Assembly: GCA_033720895.1 (NCBI GenBank)
Contig: JAWWBS010000003.1
Location: 3,791-67,790 of the forward strand
Source of the DNA: Gammaproteobacteria bacterium
GTDB taxonomy: Bacteria; Pseudomonadota; Gammaproteobacteria; Natronospirales; JAJUFS01
Length of the DNA: 64,000 nucleotides
Direction of reading: 5' to 3'
Numbering within the stretch: position 1 is the stretch's first letter; each line of letters begins with the position of its first letter. The position numbers and the translations under genes are program-made. Shown piece by piece: positions 60,789-64,000 of the stretch. The notes under the pieces are model-generated. The model saw nothing but the letters and a program-made list of their open reading frames with translations. It searched no databases and was not told where the DNA came from.

Positions 60789-61504
60789 GCGACAACAAGC
60801 ACCCGAATGTCGATCCGGCTGAAATTTCCAAGTTCGATGGCCTGGCATCGCGGTGGTGGGACCCGGAAGGCGAGTTTCGCCCGCTGCATGCCATGAATCC
60901 CGTTCGTCTCGACTGGATTCGCCAGCGGGTCGGCTCGCTGGAGGGGCTGCGCATGCTCGACGTGGGCTGTGGCGGCGGCATCCTGGCCGAATCACTCGCC
61001 GAAGCCGGCGCCGAGGTGGTCGCCATCGACCTTGCCGAAGCACCGCTGGCCGTCGCCAGGCTGCACCAGCTCGAATCCGGCGTGGCGGTCGACTATCGGC
61101 ACGTGGCGGTGGAAACGCTGGCGGCCAGCGAACCGGGCTCGTTCGATGTCGTGACCTGCCTGGAGATGCTGGAACACGTACCCGACCCGGCCTCTGTCGT
61201 TGCGGCCTGTCGCACGCTGCTGAAGGCTGACGGCCACGCTTTCTTCTCGACCATAAATCGCAACCCGAAATCGTTTCTCATGGCTATCGTCGGTGCCGAA
61301 TACGTCATGCGGCTGTTGCCGAGGGGAACGCACGAATACGCACGTTTCATTCGTCCCTCCGAACTCGACAGCTGGCTGCGCAGTGCCGGGCTTGACCTGG
61401 CTGACCTCACCGGCATGCATTACAACCCGTTCACGCATGCATTCAGGACGGGGGGCAATGTCGATGTGAACTACATCGCACACGCTCGTCCCGAGGGAAA
61501 CTGA
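60785..61504 (+). CDS. ubiG: 3-demethylubiquinone-9 3-O-methyltransferase
   Basis: The ATG at 60785 gives [35 protein letters not shown]. SAM motif [15 protein letters not shown] is present. Confidence 0.93.
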   Translation: [239 protein letters not shown]

Positions 61505-62184
61505 TGGGGCGCGAACTCGAGCTCCGTGCCGTGCTGTTCGATCTCGATGGCACGCTCGCCGACACCGCGCTGGACATGGGCCAGGCGATCAATCGCCTGC
61601 GCATCGAACACGAGCTCGAGCCCTTGCCGCAGGAAAAGATCCGGCCCTGGGTTTCGATGGGCTCCCGCGGTTTGCTGAAGATCGCCTTTTCGGTCGAAAC
61701 CGAACACGCCGACTACGAAGACCTGAAGCGTCGCTTCCTGGACCTCTATGTCGCCAACCTGGCAACGCATACCACGCTGTTCCCTGGCATGGACGCCGCA
61801 ATCCGCTATCTCGCGGCCAATGGCATCACCTGGGGCATCGTCACCAACAAGCCCGGCTGGCTGACCGATCCCCTGCTCGATCAAATGGCGCTCGATATCA
61901 AGCCGGCCTGCGTGGTCAGCGGTGATACGGTCGAGCACGCCAAGCCCCACCCGGCCCCTGTGCTGCATGCACTCGATGCAATCCAGGCGCCGGCGACAAA
62001 CACCTTGTTCATCGGCGATGCCGACCGCGACATTGCTGCAGGTCGTGCTGCGGGCTGCACCACCATGGCGGCCACCTACGGCTACATCACCGACGATGAC
62101 GATGTGGCTGGCTGGCAGGCCGACTTCGAACTGGCCCGGCCCGAAGATCTGCTGCCCTGGTTGCAGGCGCGCAAGTCCGCCTGA
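61504..62184 (+). CDS. HAD-superfamily phosphatase (phosphoglycolate phosphatase / MupP-like)
   Basis: 226 aa with the motifs FDLDGTLADT, TNKP and GDADRDIAAG. It is placed after ubiG, as mupP/gph homologues are in other gammaproteobacteria. Confidence 0.8.
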   Translation: MGRELELRAVLFDLDGTLADTALDMGQAINRLRIEHELEPLPQEKIRPWVSMGSRGLLKIAFSVETEHADYEDLKRRFLDLYVANLATHTTLFPGMDAAIRYLAANGITWGIVTNKPGWLTDPLLDQMALDIKPACVVSGDTVEHAKPHPAPVLHALDAIQAPATNTLFIGDADRDIAAGRAAGCTTMAATYGYITDDDDVAGWQADFELARPEDLLPWLQARKSA

Positions 62185-63038
62185 TGAGCAGCAGCATGGC
62201 CAACGCAACCTTGCGCGAGATCGAATCGCTGGCGATGGCATCGGGTTCGGACTGGATGTACAGCCGGCTGTTCCTGCCACGCGACCAGCAGCCCGCTTTC
62301 AACGCCATGCTTGCATTGCGCACCGAAGTCGGTGCGCAAGTCGCCCGCGTTTCCGAGCCGGCTGTTGCCGAGGCAAAGCTGGAGTGGTGGCGCGCGGAGA
62401 TCCAGCGAGTCGCCGAGGGTCGAGGCGTCCATCCCCTGGCCAGCGGCATCGTGACGACCTGCACTGCCCACGGAATCGCAGTCGAATACCTGCTGGAACT
62501 TGTCGACGCCATCGACATGCGCATGCTGCCGGGACGATTGCTGTCAGCCGCCGACGAAAAGCTGTTCCGGTACCGGCATGACGGCGTGCTGGCAGAGCAA
62601 GCCAGCCTGCTCGCCGGTCATGACAGCAGGCAGGAGCTTGAGCTGGCGCGCGCGCTGGGGGAACTGCGCTCGCACGTCGATGCCCTGCGGACACTGGCGC
62701 GACAACTGGCGCAGGGCAATCCACTGTTTGCCGACGCCAGTCTCGATGCAGCGGCAGTGGACCGCCATGCCCCGACCAGCGAACAGCTGGAACGCTTTTT
62801 GACAGTCCAGTGGCAACGCTGGGACCATTTGCGTGTCGCCGCACGAACCTTGCTGCAGGAAACGAATCCAGCCGCCGCGCTGGCAGTCCAGTGGGCCTTG
62901 CTGGAAGACGACTACCGGAGAATGCAGCGGCAACGCGATCAGTTGCCCAACCGCGAACCGCGGCTGGCCGGCCCGCTGCGGCGCCTGTTCATCGCCTGGC
63001 GAGCGGCCAGGCGCAGTCGGCGACGGGCTCGTCGCTGA
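62184..63038 (+). CDS. squalene/phytoene synthase superfamily protein without Asp-rich motifs
   Basis: 284 aa. LFLPRDQQPAFNAMLALRTEVGAQVARVSEPAVAEAKLEWWRAEI resembles the N-terminal helix pair of SQS_PSY/NDUFAF6-like proteins. I see no DxxxD-type motif at the expected places. Confidence 0.5.
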   Translation: MSSSMANATLREIESLAMASGSDWMYSRLFLPRDQQPAFNAMLALRTEVGAQVARVSEPAVAEAKLEWWRAEIQRVAEGRGVHPLASGIVTTCTAHGIAVEYLLELVDAIDMRMLPGRLLSAADEKLFRYRHDGVLAEQASLLAGHDSRQELELARALGELRSHVDALRTLARQLAQGNPLFADASLDAAAVDRHAPTSEQLERFLTVQWQRWDHLRVAARTLLQETNPAAALAVQWALLEDDYRRMQRQRDQLPNREPRLAGPLRRLFIAWRAARRSRRRARR

Positions 63039-63057
63039 AGCCAACAACGGAAGCACC

Positions 63058-63822
63058 ATGGAAAAGCAGAATCTCAAGACCATTCCCGACATCGACCTGG
63101 CACCCGACTGCCTGGCCGGAAAAGTCATTCTTGTCACCGGCGCCAGCGCCGGCATAGGCCGTGCCGTCGCCCTCGAGATGGCGCGCCACGGAGCGCAGCT
63201 GATCCTGCACGGCCGCAAGGTCGACAAGCTGGAAGTGCTGTATGACGAGATCGAGGCACTTGGCGCCCCCCGACCCAGCATCTGTCCGCTGGACATGGAA
63301 GCCGCCGTGACCGAGGACTACGATGCGCTGGCCGACAGCATCCTGCAGGAGTTCGGACGCCTGGACGGCCTGTTGCACAATGCGGGCATCCTCGGGGACA
63401 AGTCACCCATCGAGCACTACGACCCCGTGCTGTGGCAGCGCGTCATGCTGGTCAACGTGAATGCCCCGTTCCTGCTCACCCGCGCACTGCTGCCGGTCCT
63501 GAAGAAAAGCGAGGATGCGAGAATCCTGTTCACCTCCTCGGGCGTGGGCCGCACCGGGCGTGCCTACTGGGGCGCCTATGCCGTCTCCAAGTTTGCCACC
63601 GAAGGGCTGATGGAAACGCTGGCCGATGAACACGAGAACACCGCCAACCTGACAGTCAATGCCATCAACCCGGGAGCGACGCGCACCGCGATGCGAGCCA
63701 AGGCCTACCCCGGCGAAGACCCGCAAACGGTGAAGACGCCAGAGTCACTGGCACCGAGCTATGTCTGGCTGTTCAGTGAAGCAGCAAGGGATTTCCAGGG
63801 AATATCCTTCGACCCTGCCTGA
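63058..63822 (+). CDS. yciK: YciK-family SDR oxidoreductase
   Basis: The ATG at 63058 gives MEKQNLKTIP. TGASAGIGRAVA, HNAG and YAVSKFATEG are present. The ORF track extends 75 codons further upstream into the preceding gene. Confidence 0.85.
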   Translation: MEKQNLKTIPDIDLAPDCLAGKVILVTGASAGIGRAVALEMARHGAQLILHGRKVDKLEVLYDEIEALGAPRPSICPLDMEAAVTEDYDALADSILQEFGRLDGLLHNAGILGDKSPIEHYDPVLWQRVMLVNVNAPFLLTRALLPVLKKSEDARILFTSSGVGRTGRAYWGAYAVSKFATEGLMETLADEHENTANLTVNAINPGATRTAMRAKAYPGEDPQTVKTPESLAPSYVWLFSEAARDFQGISFDPA

Positions 63823-64000
63823 GCAAGGCAAGACAGAACCGGGCGTCCACGCCCGGCCCGTATTTCCGGGGGGACAGGGCCAGGCGCAGAAGCCCGCGGG
63901 ACAAAATCGTCCCCGAGCATTCATGCGCAATCGAGTGTCGAGATAGCTCGATCCCTGTTGGGCTATTCGCCCTCGAGAGGAATGCCTGCCTCGTGATACA

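Noticed and set aside
63963-64000. Possible 3' end of a minus-strand gene (reads ...YHEAGIPLEGE followed by a stop) at the window edge
   Set aside because: Only about 12 codons are visible. That is far too little to support a call.

Overview
This is a high-GC chromosomal segment with gammaproteobacterial gene content, and most of it is conserved housekeeping sequence. In order, the core contains: pabC/pabB and fabF-acpP-fabG-fabD; a rhombosortase gene divergent from a type II secretion operon (gspG to gspN, with no gspCDEF); three large c-di-GMP signalling genes; cobB; a three-domain QueD/PTPS fusion; lpxO-like; rmuC; thrS-infC-rpmI-rplT-pheS-pheT-ihfA; uvrB; galU; lapA/lapB; ihfB-rpsA-cmk-aroA-hisC-serA-serC-gyrA; mtnA; mtaD-ubiG. 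There are three tRNA genes: Pro-GGG, Val-GAC and Asn-GTT. The one clearly accessory element is a roughly 2.8-kb AT-rich islet inserted into tRNA-Pro(GGG) at 29043..31920. It is bounded by a perfect 51-bp direct repeat of the tRNA 3' part, and the original tRNA terminator is stranded outside it. The islet has no integrase. It carries a same-strand three-gene cassette: a Doc-type Fic protein (HPFHDANKRTG) with a roughly 150-aa extra C-terminal region, an orphan Cys-rich zinc-ribbon protein, and a signal-peptide-bearing Cys-rich protein. I consider this cassette the best candidate for an undescribed toxin/defence-type module. All calls rest on reading the ORF translations and the DNA by eye. No database search, HMM scan, GC calculation or structure prediction was run.
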